From Candidatus Babeliales bacterium (GTDB lineage Bacteria; Babelota; Babeliae; Babelales; JANWKD01), in NCBI GenBank assembly GCA_963722255.1, contig CAVRJO010000002.1, forward strand, positions 480,001 to 544,000: DNA of 64,000 nucleotides. The letters run 5' to 3'. Within the stretch, counting starts at the first letter, position 1. Each line of letters starts with the position of its first letter. Below the pieces are notes generated by a model. It was not told the origin of the DNA. It saw only the letters and a list, made by a program, of their open reading frames with translations, and made no database searches. Shown one piece after another: positions 9,995 through 20,501 of this stretch. The position numbers and the translations under genes are program-made.

Positions 9995-10932
9995 TTTCAG
10001 TTTTTTGTAAAAACTCAATGAGAACAACAATCTTCCTCATAGTAAGCACTCTATTCTTTCAAATAAACTGCATGGAAAGAAATCAACTCATCCTTTTAGT
10101 AATAAAACAAATTCTTGCCTCTATTAAACCGATTCAAGAACCAATAAGTAAATCATTTTTACAACAATCGCTAGAAACGACCAAAGATATTTCTTTAAAA
10201 CTTTTTATCGCATGTTATAAACATCCAAAGATCATTATTGGCGCTACAACTTTGACCCTTCTTTTAATTTCGCTCAAAAAATCTTCTCTTTTGCCGATTA
10301 CCATACATAATTTAAAAAAATTTGAGCAGAAATGCGCAAAAAAAGCACAAAATCAGATAAGAAAATTTATGGAAAACACTGCGAAATCTTCTCAAGAAGC
10401 TTCTCGGCAACTTACTACCTCAATTGATGCATCACAAACACAATTGTTTGTGCTTAACGATGAACTTGAACAAAACCAACAAGTTCTCATGCAAATGCCT
10501 GAAGAAATTGCACAATCAGTTGCTTTATACAATGTTCAAGAAGAAAAAAACCACGATGAACTTTTTTCACATGCACATAGACAAAGAACGACACAGCTTA
10601 ATACGTTAGAAACGCATGCCAGGAATCTTATGGATAATGACGAGATTATTGTTACTGACTTTTTAAAAAAATTTCTTACTGAAACGACTCAATTAGATAA
10701 TTCATTGGATTTTAACATTGAAACCATTGTGAACTCATTAGCGCAAGAAACGGCACTACTTCATCAGACTATGCATCAAAACAATCACCAAGAAAACCTA
10801 CAGCTTACTCGCCTGAATTCAACGGTAGATAATCAGCATAATAATTTGGCCGAACGTGTTGACTCTCTAATTATTCTTCTTACAGGATTAGTTGATACAT
10901 CTGAAGAGTTGGTGTATGAAAAGACATTATGA
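9991..10932 (+). CDS. secreted/membrane coiled-coil protein
   Basis: Signal peptide ending INC-ME, HPK followed by a hydrophobic helix, helical tail; overlaps the upstream stop (ATGA). Confidence 0.7.
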   Translation: MISVFCKNSMRTTIFLIVSTLFFQINCMERNQLILLVIKQILASIKPIQEPISKSFLQQSLETTKDISLKLFIACYKHPKIIIGATTLTLLLISLKKSSLLPITIHNLKKFEQKCAKKAQNQIRKFMENTAKSSQEASRQLTTSIDASQTQLFVLNDELEQNQQVLMQMPEEIAQSVALYNVQEEKNHDELFSHAHRQRTTQLNTLETHARNLMDNDEIIVTDFLKKFLTETTQLDNSLDFNIETIVNSLAQETALLHQTMHQNNHQENLQLTRLNSTVDNQHNNLAERVDSLIILLTGLVDTSEELVYEKTL

Positions 10933-11058
10933 AACAAAAATAATGATTAGAATATCCTCGTTGTATACGTGTTTTTTTATTGTATATTGATATTTTTTAT
11001 AATCAAAGTACAATCGTTTCAAATACAACTGTTTTTATTACATTAATGTTGGAATGCT

Positions 11059-12057
11059 ATGACTTACAAACGTTCATCAATCTTTTTTACCGCATTATTG
11101 TTTTTTTTGTTGCAGCACCAATCTGTACAAACAATGGAAAATCAATCACAACCTTCACATTCAAATAAATTGAGTATCTTCAATCCATTATCCTGGGTTT
11201 ATGGATTATACTCTAGCTTTTATTATAATTTTGGATGGATGACAGATGCTGCTTGTGAAGAAAAAATAACAGCATCATTTAATAAATTGGAGAAATTCAT
11301 TCAAGTGATGTTTGCAGATATCCTTGATGGAAATCATAGCTTTGCTCAGCAAATTTTAGAAGATGGTAAAAACTTACATGACATACTCAATTCTACCACA
11401 ATAAATGTCCAAGATTTAAAACTCTTTTTTTTAGGAAAAATACAATCATTAGAGAAAGAACGACAAATAACAAATGCAATATTTGAAAAAACTATTAATG
11501 ATTTAAGAAAAACACTACAAAGGTTTTCAAAAACTCGCCAGACTGTAAGTAACCTTGAGAAGCAATTTTCAATTTATAGCCAACTAACTCAAGAAGAAAT
11601 TGAACAAAATAATCAAAGTTTAAGCTCACTTGGAGAAAAGTACAAAGATAAAATTAAAAGTTTATATCGTCTTCAAGAAAAACATCACAAAGAACACCAA
11701 ATCCAAGTATCACAACTTCAGTCTCAACAACAAGACTTTTATCAGCAAACAACAGAAAGTCTTAAAGCTGTCCAACAAACAACGCAACAATGCCAAGAAG
11801 AATGCGAAAAGAAACAAGATAAGGGAACTCAAGAAGGAGAAACTATTCTTGAGTTATTACAAAAAATACGAGAAAATGATGTTGCTTTACAGAAAGTATT
11901 AAACATACTGCCTAATTCAACTAACCACGTTCAAGCAACTCCCAAAAAGTCAAAGCAAAAATCTCTTAACACCTCAGTCTTTCCTAACCGATTAAGAAAA
12001 GAATTTAAAGTTTTTGCTCCACCCATAGGTACTTCCATATATGGACGAGATATATAA
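11059..12057 (+). CDS. secreted coiled-coil protein
   Basis: Signal peptide ending VQT-ME, aromatic patch, Q-rich heptad region. Confidence 0.7.
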   Translation: MTYKRSSIFFTALLFFLLQHQSVQTMENQSQPSHSNKLSIFNPLSWVYGLYSSFYYNFGWMTDAACEEKITASFNKLEKFIQVMFADILDGNHSFAQQILEDGKNLHDILNSTTINVQDLKLFFLGKIQSLEKERQITNAIFEKTINDLRKTLQRFSKTRQTVSNLEKQFSIYSQLTQEEIEQNNQSLSSLGEKYKDKIKSLYRLQEKHHKEHQIQVSQLQSQQQDFYQQTTESLKAVQQTTQQCQEECEKKQDKGTQEGETILELLQKIRENDVALQKVLNILPNSTNHVQATPKKSKQKSLNTSVFPNRLRKEFKVFAPPIGTSIYGRDI

Positions 12058-12093
12058 GTTTATTAATTTAATTTACTCAATGGAGATATTTTT

Positions 12094-13074
12094 ATGATTC
12101 AAGGAACACAAAGCATGAGAATTTTATTGTTATCATTATTCTTTACACAAGCTTGGTGTATGGAAAGCTCACAGCTAGTTATTGTTAAATTTGAAGATTT
12201 AAAAGAACTTGTTCAGCAGTGCAGCAAAGAAGCTGTTGCTGCAGCAATAAAGAAAGAATCCCCTTCTTTTTTTTCATCAACTTTTAAATTCATTGCAAAT
12301 CATCCAAAAGAACTGTGGGCAACAGTAGCATATGGTGCTATAGTTGCTACTTTCCTGGGATTTTCAAGAAGTAAATTTTTCTGGAGCACCCCAAAAAAAT
12401 TCGATGCTTTATTAGAAGCAAAAGAAACTGAACTTGTGAACGAGCTCTATGATATAAAAAATCTTATTGAAGCATCCCGTGCAAATGTAGGTTCAGCATA
12501 CCTCAATACTATGAACGGTCTTAATGCTGGTATAGCCGCCATCGATAACTCCCTGGGAGAATCTAAAAGAGAAGTGGAAGATGTTTATAGCAAAGCTCTT
12601 GCTCGTGAACTCAATCGCCGTTTAGTGCTTATTCAAAAAGCTACCATTACCTCACGTTTTACTCAAAACGGCATAAATACCCTTGATTCATCGCTTTTTT
12701 CTTTACAGTGCTCCGCTCTGCAAGAACAAGAAAAAATCAAGGATGAACTTGCGCAACAAGGAGAAGCAATCGCCGCTCTTGATGAAGACACTGAAAAGGA
12801 ATTTGATACAACAACCAACACGATGACCTCTAATCATGATGAGGAATCACGATCATTACATTCCTTGGGCAATCAAATGTCAGGAAATAATGAAGATATT
12901 CGAGAAACACTTCTTCACGTTGAGATTACTACAAGGGTTCTTGCAAAAAAACTTCCTACAGTTGATGATACCAATGAAGAAAATAAAGAAAATATCCGGG
13001 AAGCATTTAAAATTATTGAAAACCAAGCTCACCTCATTGCTCAACTTCAGGGCTTAGTGCAGGAAACTCAGTAG
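12094..13074 (+). CDS. secreted/membrane coiled-coil protein
   Basis: Signal peptide ending AWC-ME, HPK followed by a hydrophobic helix, helical tail. Confidence 0.7.
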   Translation: MIQGTQSMRILLLSLFFTQAWCMESSQLVIVKFEDLKELVQQCSKEAVAAAIKKESPSFFSSTFKFIANHPKELWATVAYGAIVATFLGFSRSKFFWSTPKKFDALLEAKETELVNELYDIKNLIEASRANVGSAYLNTMNGLNAGIAAIDNSLGESKREVEDVYSKALARELNRRLVLIQKATITSRFTQNGINTLDSSLFSLQCSALQEQEKIKDELAQQGEAIAALDEDTEKEFDTTTNTMTSNHDEESRSLHSLGNQMSGNNEDIRETLLHVEITTRVLAKKLPTVDDTNEENKENIREAFKIIENQAHLIAQLQGLVQETQ

Positions 13075-13122
13075 CTTCCAGTAACTATTTCGATCTTAAT
13101 TAATTAATGCTATACTTTTACT

Positions 13123-14331
13123 ATGGCTATAACTAAAAAAGATTTCCCACTTTTATCTTCATCTTCACTGATTTACCTTGATAATGCAGCAACAACGCAC
13201 AAACCGGAACAAGTTATCGAGGCAATAAATGACTTTTATCGAACCGGCTATGCAACGGTCCATAGAGGAATTTATCATCTCAGTGAAAGAGCTACAGAAC
13301 AGTTTGAGCATGTACGTTCATTAGTAGCAAAGTTCATTAATGCACAACCGCATGAAATTATTTTTACACAAGGAACTACGCATGGCATAAACTTTATAGC
13401 CACGGCTTGGGCTTTAAATACCTTGCAGCATGGGGATGAAATTGTTCTTACTGAGCTTGAACATCATGCAAATATAGTTCCTTGGCAACAAGTGGCTCAA
13501 AAAACGGGTGCATGTTTACGATATATACCCGTCTTGCCCAATGGCGCCTTGGATCTTGCCAATCTTTCAACCATCATTACTGAACGAACAAAAATTGTCA
13601 GTATAGTGCATACCTCAAATGCGCTGGGGACTCATAATGAGATTGCTCATATTGCAAAATGTGCACGCAACGTGGGTGCAAAGATTCTTCTTGATGCAGC
13701 GCAATCCGTTGCGCATCAACGTCTTGATCTACAAAAACTTGATGTAGATTTCTTACTATTTTCCGGCCATAAACTAGTAGGCCCAACTGGAATTGGTGTT
13801 TTGTATATTCGTTCAAGCGTGCAAGAAGATGTTCCTCCCTATCAATTTGGTGGCGGTATGGTATTTCATGCAGACTATTATACTGCAAATTGGCGAACTG
13901 CACCTGAATGCTATGAAGCCGGCACTCCACCCATTGCTGAAGTCATAGGGCTAGGAGCTGCTCTTGCCTATATACAGAATAATAATGATTATGCTGAACA
14001 GCAAAAGCATGAAGCACAATTGTGTACCTTAGTTATTGATGAATTACAACAATTTTCTCAAATTCGCCTCTTAGGCCCTCTTGATCAATTACGAACATGC
14101 GGTCATATGGTAAGCTTTACTGTTGAAGGTTGGCATCCTCATGATGTTGGAGCCTATTTAGATCAGCATAACATTGCTGTACGAACCGGACACTATTGCG
14201 CTCAACCACTCGCAAACAAGTTAGGAATTCCACAAGGATCTATTCGATTAAGTTTTTACGCATATAACTCTCTAGAAGATGTTGAGTATTGCATAAAAAT
14301 TATAAAAAAATTAGTTACCAAACATTCTTAA
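13123..14331 (+). CDS. sufS: cysteine desulfurase, SufS type
   Basis: YLDNAATT, VHRG, EHHAN, SGHK (PLP lysine) and RTGHYCAQP (catalytic Cys). Confidence 0.95.
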   Translation: MAITKKDFPLLSSSSLIYLDNAATTHKPEQVIEAINDFYRTGYATVHRGIYHLSERATEQFEHVRSLVAKFINAQPHEIIFTQGTTHGINFIATAWALNTLQHGDEIVLTELEHHANIVPWQQVAQKTGACLRYIPVLPNGALDLANLSTIITERTKIVSIVHTSNALGTHNEIAHIAKCARNVGAKILLDAAQSVAHQRLDLQKLDVDFLLFSGHKLVGPTGIGVLYIRSSVQEDVPPYQFGGGMVFHADYYTANWRTAPECYEAGTPPIAEVIGLGAALAYIQNNNDYAEQQKHEAQLCTLVIDELQQFSQIRLLGPLDQLRTCGHMVSFTVEGWHPHDVGAYLDQHNIAVRTGHYCAQPLANKLGIPQGSIRLSFYAYNSLEDVEYCIKIIKKLVTKHS

Positions 14332-14406
14332 AGCTAATAAATCATTGTTTTAGCACTCTTAAATTCTGTAACGTATTTCTTAGTGCATATCACCTCAAGG
14401 AGCTTT

Positions 14407-15099
14407 ATGAAAATCGGTATTCTTGCAAAATTCTTAGTTTGCATACTTTTAATTACAGCATTCACTATCTTTTTATGGCAGGGCAATCTAAAGAATTACT
14501 TAACATTAGAATATATTCAACATCACCAAGAAATTATTAAGAACTTGATCAATGATCACTATAGTAAAGCTTGCCTGATATATATAGTTCTTTATGCAAC
14601 TATTGTAGTTTGTATGCTTTCTTGCACGCTTATACTAACAACCTACGCAGGGTTCCTTTTTGGCTTCATCCCGGGAACAGTTTTAAGCATTACAGGGGCA
14701 TTGGTGGGGTGCACACTTTCATTTTTAGCAATACGCTACCTTTTTCATCATTGGCTAACAAATCGTTATCATAACGCTCTTGAAAAATTTTCAAAAAAAT
14801 TTAAAGAACATGGTGTACTTTATTTATTAACACTTTACTTTTTTCCCCTCACTCCCTATGCACTTATCACAACGCTTGCAGCTCTTTCTGATATTTCTCT
14901 TATAACGTTTTTATGGACAACCGCAGTTGGTATTTTTCCTATAACAACGCTATGTTCTTTTGCAGGCAGAAAAGTTGCAACACTTTCTTCGATCAAAGAT
15001 ATTGTTTCTTTACCCATGCTTTTAGCACTTATCACACTTTCATTGTTAGCAGTAGTCCCCACTCTCTTAAAAATAGAAAAAAAGGTAACAACCAAATGA
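14407..15099 (+). CDS. TVP38/TMEM64 (DedA superfamily) membrane protein
   Basis: 'AGFLFGFIPG...GALVG...FLAIRY' and 'P..PY' motifs; multiple TM segments; ATG at 14407 preferred. Confidence 0.8.
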   Translation: MKIGILAKFLVCILLITAFTIFLWQGNLKNYLTLEYIQHHQEIIKNLINDHYSKACLIYIVLYATIVVCMLSCTLILTTYAGFLFGFIPGTVLSITGALVGCTLSFLAIRYLFHHWLTNRYHNALEKFSKKFKEHGVLYLLTLYFFPLTPYALITTLAALSDISLITFLWTTAVGIFPITTLCSFAGRKVATLSSIKDIVSLPMLLALITLSLLAVVPTLLKIEKKVTTK

Positions 15100-15124
15100 G
15101 ATCTTATGTAATAAACAGTCGATT

Positions 15125-15556
15125 TTATTGAGAATGTGCCTTCTTCTGTTTATTATATTTCTTTCGTATAGTTTCATAGCCCATCTTCGCGTCTTCGTCT
15201 TCAAGAATATGGTTATACATCTTGCTTCGATCTATTTCTTTTCGTGGACCTACTGTATACATCAGTTTACCATACCAAGTACATTTTTTTCCTCTACACT
15301 TTGTACGAGAAAAATAGATTTCCTTAATCTCTTCACTATTGCGAACCATCAAAGAATAGGCATATATTTTTATTCCGCTTTCTTTATTTTTTTCAACTTT
15401 TCTTTTTATAGTGCAATCAGTTTCATTAATTAATCTCTTCAATTGAATTTTATCTATTGTTTTTTTTGGATATCTATCTTGCAAATCTTCTTCCATACAG
15501 TAAAAACTGGTATTACCGATAAGAAAACTCAAAAATAAGATAGTAAATAATCTCAT
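15125..15556 (-). CDS. secreted basic hypothetical protein
   Basis: Signal peptide ending FYC-ME; Lys-rich. Confidence 0.7.
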   Translation of the reverse strand: MRLFTILFLSFLIGNTSFYCMEEDLQDRYPKKTIDKIQLKRLINETDCTIKRKVEKNKESGIKIYAYSLMVRNSEEIKEIYFSRTKCRGKKCTWYGKLMYTVGPRKEIDRSKMYNHILEDEDAKMGYETIRKKYNKQKKAHSQ

Positions 15557-15745
15557 AGTAATTCTCCCTAAGATACTATTCTTACCCTAAGAAAATTGTT
15601 CAAACAAAGTAAACACTAAAGAAACTTACCTTCCAACAAAGACACAACGCCTTGCCAAAAAGTTACTCTCTACATAAAAAAATTGAGGAGCTCTTTTATA
15701 AGAAGAACTCCCCAAATTATTTTTCAACACAACTAACGCTATTAT

Positions 15746-16495
15746 TTACAGCAATAATGACCCTAACTGAGTGCTTAAAGCATCAATCTTATTTTCAAAA
15801 AAGTACTCATCATAAGCACCTGAAATTCTGCTTATTGAATTAACATCCCATGCTTTTTGCTGCTCAATAGCATTTTTTAAAGTAGCCAAATCAAGTTGTG
15901 CTATAGCAACCGCTAAAGAAGCATTATTTTGATATTTTGCTTTGTCATTAGTTTCATTAGCAGCTGCTGCAATGATACTGTCTAATGCCGCCCCTACAGA
16001 TTTTTTAACAAGGTCAAAGTGATCGAGTATCCCTTGTTTTACGGAACGTATTTGAGCAATTGCAGGAATTTTTTGAATATTTTTTTCAAGATCCTGAAGA
16101 CTTTTATTGAGAGAAATAATCATATATAATTGCGCTAATTCATTTTGTGCTTGTGCAGTAGCTTGTTTAAAATCAAACGTAGTTTTACTCACAGCAGCCG
16201 GATCTGTTTGATAAAGATTACCAAAATCAGCTTGCAACTGATCTAATTGCGTGGTTGAACGATTAGGAACACCGCTATTAAATGCAGTATTTAAGGAGAT
16301 AACAGCATCATTAACTGCTTTATAAAAGTTCTTTTGTATTGCAGATTGATTTACACCATTTAATGTTTTAATAGCCTGCTTTACTTTATCTAAGTCTCTA
16401 AGGATAACAGGCTTATACTGTTGGATATATTGTTGACAATATAATGTTGAACTAGCACCTACAACTAGTAGCGCTACATACAGCATCTTCTTCAT
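15746..16495 (-). CDS. secreted helical hypothetical protein
   Basis: Signal peptide, aggagag RBS, Ala/Gln-rich helices. Confidence 0.75.
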   Translation of the reverse strand: MKKMLYVALLVVGASSTLYCQQYIQQYKPVILRDLDKVKQAIKTLNGVNQSAIQKNFYKAVNDAVISLNTAFNSGVPNRSTTQLDQLQADFGNLYQTDPAAVSKTTFDFKQATAQAQNELAQLYMIISLNKSLQDLEKNIQKIPAIAQIRSVKQGILDHFDLVKKSVGAALDSIIAAAANETNDKAKYQNNASLAVAIAQLDLATLKNAIEQQKAWDVNSISRISGAYDEYFFENKIDALSTQLGSLLL

Positions 16496-16619
16496 TAAAC
16501 TCTCCTTTTAGTATGGTCTTTCTTTTTAAGCGTATCATATATTTAATTCAGGTTGCAATATTTATATTTTTTTAAAATACACTGTAGCTGTTTTAAAATT
16601 ATGTTGCATATTTTCGACC

Positions 16620-17969
16620 CTAATTTTGTTTTTTAAGTCTTAAATCTAAATCAGCTAAGGAATAATTAGTTACCTTTGAAGAATAGTCAACTAAGCAGAC
16701 ATTCGTATCATAAAACCATACTGATTTTGGACTTTCTATTCCTGTTAGCAAGACTTTACCAACTTTTCGCTCTTTCGGATCATGGCAATTCATAAAATTT
16801 AAATAAAGAAGTTGAAAACTCGTAACAAGAATAATTTGATGAGAGTCGCAAGGATTAACGGCAAAATTCTTTAAAAATATTGGATAAGTTTTTTCTTTAT
16901 TACTAATTTTTTGTTGTTCTGAACGAATGCTACTGCTCTCTTCATCTAATCCAAAACTAAATAATCTTCCAAATTCAGAAAGACCCAATAAGATCTTTGG
17001 CGTTATAAAACTAAGTTTTTTGATTGTATCACCTCTATGATCTTCATGAAATGATCCAAAACCAATTCGTCTTAGTGCTGTCTCATGTTCATGATTCATT
17101 TTTCGTTTTTTACGTTTAGGAGAACAGGGCAGTTCATCGCAATTTTTTACCTCAAACAGTGATATGCCCGCTTGATCGGCAATTGCAAAACGATTTTTAG
17201 TTCTACAAAGAGCTAATGCTAAAATAGAACCTACTATCCTTGTGGATATAAAATCAAATTTATTAGTATCTTTTTGAGAAAAATTATGACTTTCATAGAA
17301 TTCTTTGCAATCAGAAGTAAACCGTCCTACATAATATTCATATACCGCTTGTTGATTTTCAACAAGTTGAAGATCATCTTTTTCTAACCCTTCTTCATGT
17401 GCATAATCTTCTTCACCACATGATAGATTTTCTTCTGATTTTGAATTTCCAGCAATGACAAATACGTTATTTTTATTAGGACCATCAAAAAAAGGCTCTG
17501 TAATTTCAAGATTAGCTGATGTCACAAAGTGCATTTTTTGAATATCATCTTCAATTACATATTTCGTAGCACTATAAACCCTAAGAAGGGGCTTATCATC
17601 GCTATACCAACATTGTATGGGAAAAAGGAAATGCCTTCTGTCTCTTGTATTTACAAATCCAGATTCAGGGTTTAAATTAATCGATGGAGCCCATTCATGG
17701 ATACTAAATAATGTAATATCATGTAAAACATCTCTATTCTCCTCACGCGGCCCAAATTGAAAACATGATTTTCTATCCGAACTAAACTCAATTTCAGCAT
17801 CAGAATTTGTCGCTAATTCTATAATATGAACTAAGAGCTCATCTGGAACCATATCGGCAATGTTTATGAACTCTTCTTCTTTATCAACTTCAGATTGTTC
17901 CATGGAATAAAGATCGTTTTGCATCATCATTGCTACATTGAATAGTAAAAAAATGATCTTTTTATTCAT
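16620..17969 (-). CDS. secreted protein with F-box-like N-terminus, beta-rich body and NLS-like motif
   Basis: Signal peptide ending LYS-ME; IADMVPDELLVHIIEL; PKRKKRK. Confidence 0.65.
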   Translation of the reverse strand: MNKKIIFLLFNVAMMMQNDLYSMEQSEVDKEEEFINIADMVPDELLVHIIELATNSDAEIEFSSDRKSCFQFGPREENRDVLHDITLFSIHEWAPSINLNPESGFVNTRDRRHFLFPIQCWYSDDKPLLRVYSATKYVIEDDIQKMHFVTSANLEITEPFFDGPNKNNVFVIAGNSKSEENLSCGEEDYAHEEGLEKDDLQLVENQQAVYEYYVGRFTSDCKEFYESHNFSQKDTNKFDFISTRIVGSILALALCRTKNRFAIADQAGISLFEVKNCDELPCSPKRKKRKMNHEHETALRRIGFGSFHEDHRGDTIKKLSFITPKILLGLSEFGRLFSFGLDEESSSIRSEQQKISNKEKTYPIFLKNFAVNPCDSHQIILVTSFQLLYLNFMNCHDPKERKVGKVLLTGIESPKSVWFYDTNVCLVDYSSKVTNYSLADLDLRLKKQN

Positions 17970-18121
17970 AAAAATTTCTATTTACAGTGTAATAAGCTCA
18001 ATGACATCATAAGATAGTATTCTGCGGTATAAAAAAAATGCAATGAATATGTTAGGATCTTTGAGCGCTTTATTGTGCACTCCTTAGCAATCATAAATTC
18101 CATAACCAGCCTGATAAATCC

Positions 18122-18481
18122 CAGGGCAACCGCACTATAAAGATTGAATTTATAAGAGAAAAATACGTTTGGAACGGCAGCTAAATTCACGCTTGTCATT
18201 GCGAGCGAACGCGCGGCAACCCAGTTATAAAGACTTCTCATTTTAACAACTGGGTCACCACGTTCCGCCTTCGTTAAAACTTCGGCGGACAAGCGCAAAT
18301 AATAGCGGATCCGCCACAGCTTGCCAAGCCGGAAGGCCTGGATAAGCGTCGGCTGGACAGCTCCTCGTGATGACATTGGTGTTTATTGTTGATTGTACTT
18401 TGATAAATTAAAGTTAATTTTTCCAAACACCTTTATTAATAAAAGTAGCTTAAATCCTGGATTTGTAGTGCGGTTGCCCTG
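18122..18481. mobile_element. MITE with 20-bp terminal inverted repeats and a 10-bp target duplication, carrying nested palindromes
   Basis: cagggcaaccgcactataaa / tttgtagtgcggttgccctg (19/20); flanked by tgataaatcc at 18112-18121 and 18482-18491. Confidence 0.8.
18194..18375. repeat. REP/RPE-like palindromic element with inner hairpin insertions
   Basis: tgtcattgcgag...ctcgtgatgaca ends, inner acccagtt/aactgggt stem; related copies at 20502, 27889 and 61913. Confidence 0.75.
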
Positions 18482-18485
18482 TGAT

Positions 18486-19036
18486 AAATCCCCATAGATT
18501 CGCAAAAATATAAAATATTCTGTACTATAAATAGTAATTAACGGAAAGCTATCTATTTTCAGGGGTATTCTATGAATATATATTTATTTCTAATGGCGTT
18601 ATTTATTACGCCGCAACTATTATTTTCTAATCATGAGAATAATAATAAAAAATTTTCTCCATCCCAACTACATTCGCAAAAATTTAATCCTTCATCTTCA
18701 GAGTTCATTAATATAGAAAATAAAATTCTTCCTAATAAAGACAAGGATAAATTACAAGCTTTAAAAAACAAATTAAATACTAAATTGCTCAAAAATGAGC
18801 AATTGCAAAATAACCATGAAGGGCGGTTTAAAAAATTATTTGCTTTGTCACTGGCTAGCGCTGTAGTTAGAAGTTTAATCCCCTTCTTTGGCGAAGGTCT
18901 GATTATGACTCCATTTATCGCTATTGCTGACGGACTTTGTTTTTTTAGTTTTTGTGAAGGATGGGCATCTTTATCCAAAGCAAAGGATTGCGCTAATAAT
19001 GTTTGCATTACTCAAACGAAGCTTCAATCAGTTGAT
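18486..19036 (+). repeat. about 550-bp direct repeat, copy 1 (copy 2 at 24110..24659)
   Basis: Near-identical upstream region and coding sequence. Confidence 0.95.
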
Positions 19037-19102
19037 ATGTCACTACAAGCCATTGAATCAAATTTAGAGGATATAAAAAAAGAAAAATCTAATCAACAAT
19101 AG
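18572..19102 (+). CDS. secreted/membrane protein with a hydrophobic hairpin flanked by coiled coils
   Basis: Signal peptide, bilobed hydrophobic segment; duplicated at 24195. Confidence 0.75.
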   Translation: MNIYLFLMALFITPQLLFSNHENNNKKFSPSQLHSQKFNPSSSEFINIENKILPNKDKDKLQALKNKLNTKLLKNEQLQNNHEGRFKKLFALSLASAVVRSLIPFFGEGLIMTPFIAIADGLCFFSFCEGWASLSKAKDCANNVCITQTKLQSVDMSLQAIESNLEDIKKEKSNQQ

Positions 19103-19129
19103 AAAATAAGCTTCTAATAAACAAAGGTA

Positions 19130-20248
19130 TCATAATATAATTTTACTTTCTTTATATCGGATATGATCATAAATATCGGCATTAATCGAATAATACCACG
19201 CACTTATCAAGCCTATTGCAACCCCCCCTAAAATATATACATTTTGATATTCATTAGATTCGCTTTGCTTACCGGAATTGAGTAAAGGCAAATTATTTAT
19301 ATATGAAGCACCAAAACCCCCAACCCCAAATGCTATTGGGCGAATGGCCATATTAACAACTAATGTAATACGGTCAAAAGAGCAAAAAAGGCGTCTATGC
19401 CAGTCTTTTAAAGGCCGCATATAATTCCACTTAGTTGCATTCAAAGCAATAACCTTAGCTTGATCTGATAATGGATTATTCCTAAGATCAACCACACACC
19501 CTTCGTTGACTTTAAAAACCGGAATTGTTACAAGCATATTGTTTGACAGATTTAAGATAAAAAAATCCGGTAAACGATAGGGTAATTTTATTTGCTCCAA
19601 TTGATTATGACCAAGATCAAGTTGCTTTAAATTTGGAAATAACTTAAAAAGTTTATTTACGTTTACAAATCTTAATCGATTGTTATTTAAATTTATTGAT
19701 TCAGTAGAATCATTTGCCAGAGCACGAATTCCACCCAAATAACATACTTTTTTATCTACAAAATATAATTTTTTGGAACCAATTAATTCTCTTGAAACGG
19801 AAGCAATTGATTTTAGGCATTCATATAATCCCGGTAATTCTTTATTAATTTCATTTAAAGGCAAAATATCCCAAGCTCTTTTTTTAATTTTCTTAAGAAT
19901 TTTTTTTGGTGCTTCTAATGCATCAGCCAGTATAAAAATATCTTTTATTTTTTCCGCTTTACATCTTTCAGCCATTTCGTGTTTCATAATAAAGGATAAT
20001 AGTTGAAGGTTATCTTTGGAAAAAGCAGGTGTATCTTGTAATGAAAACTTAGTTACACTATCATCCTTTATGTCATCAGATTTTATATTCCATTTTTCTA
20101 TCACACCAAGCAGGCAAGCATCATCTTCAGGAATGCCAAATACAATTCCGTCAGCATCTTCGATAATAATTTCTTTGTTTTGTCGTTCCATAGCTACAAG
20201 AATAGAATTAGATAACAATAGAAATGAAAGCAGCAATAGTTTACGCAT
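19130..20248 (-). CDS. leucine-rich repeat protein with BTB/Skp1-like N-terminus and C-terminal TM helices
   Basis: LRRs INLNNNRL, LDLGHNQL, LNLSNNML, VDLRNNPL; IIIEDADGIVF...IFILADAL; start ATG 20248 with signal peptide ending LVA-ME. Confidence 0.75.
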   Translation of the reverse strand: MRKLLLLSFLLLSNSILVAMERQNKEIIIEDADGIVFGIPEDDACLLGVIEKWNIKSDDIKDDSVTKFSLQDTPAFSKDNLQLLSFIMKHEMAERCKAEKIKDIFILADALEAPKKILKKIKKRAWDILPLNEINKELPGLYECLKSIASVSRELIGSKKLYFVDKKVCYLGGIRALANDSTESINLNNNRLRFVNVNKLFKLFPNLKQLDLGHNQLEQIKLPYRLPDFFILNLSNNMLVTIPVFKVNEGCVVDLRNNPLSDQAKVIALNATKWNYMRPLKDWHRRLFCSFDRITLVVNMAIRPIAFGVGGFGASYINNLPLLNSGKQSESNEYQNVYILGGVAIGLISAWYYSINADIYDHIRYKESKIIL

Positions 20249-20501
20249 TATAGAAGCCTTAAGAAAGATATAATTATTTTTAGTATTTAAATATAACAAG
20301 ATGATAACAATTATGAGCTGGTTGCTCAATAGTATTATTTAATGATAATCATCAATACAAAAATATTTATTGCTTCTCTTGAAGATATTTTTTCTCTATG
20401 AAAATATGCAAGGTAAACCGCCTGCGCTAAAAACTTATATAACTCGAATTCGATAATTTAAATTACAAGTCTACAAGCAAGAATTGTATGAACATCAATA
20501 A

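Noticed and set aside
17978..18376. 132-aa ORF as a real gene
   Set aside because: It runs through the palindromic and MITE sequence and has no protein-like features
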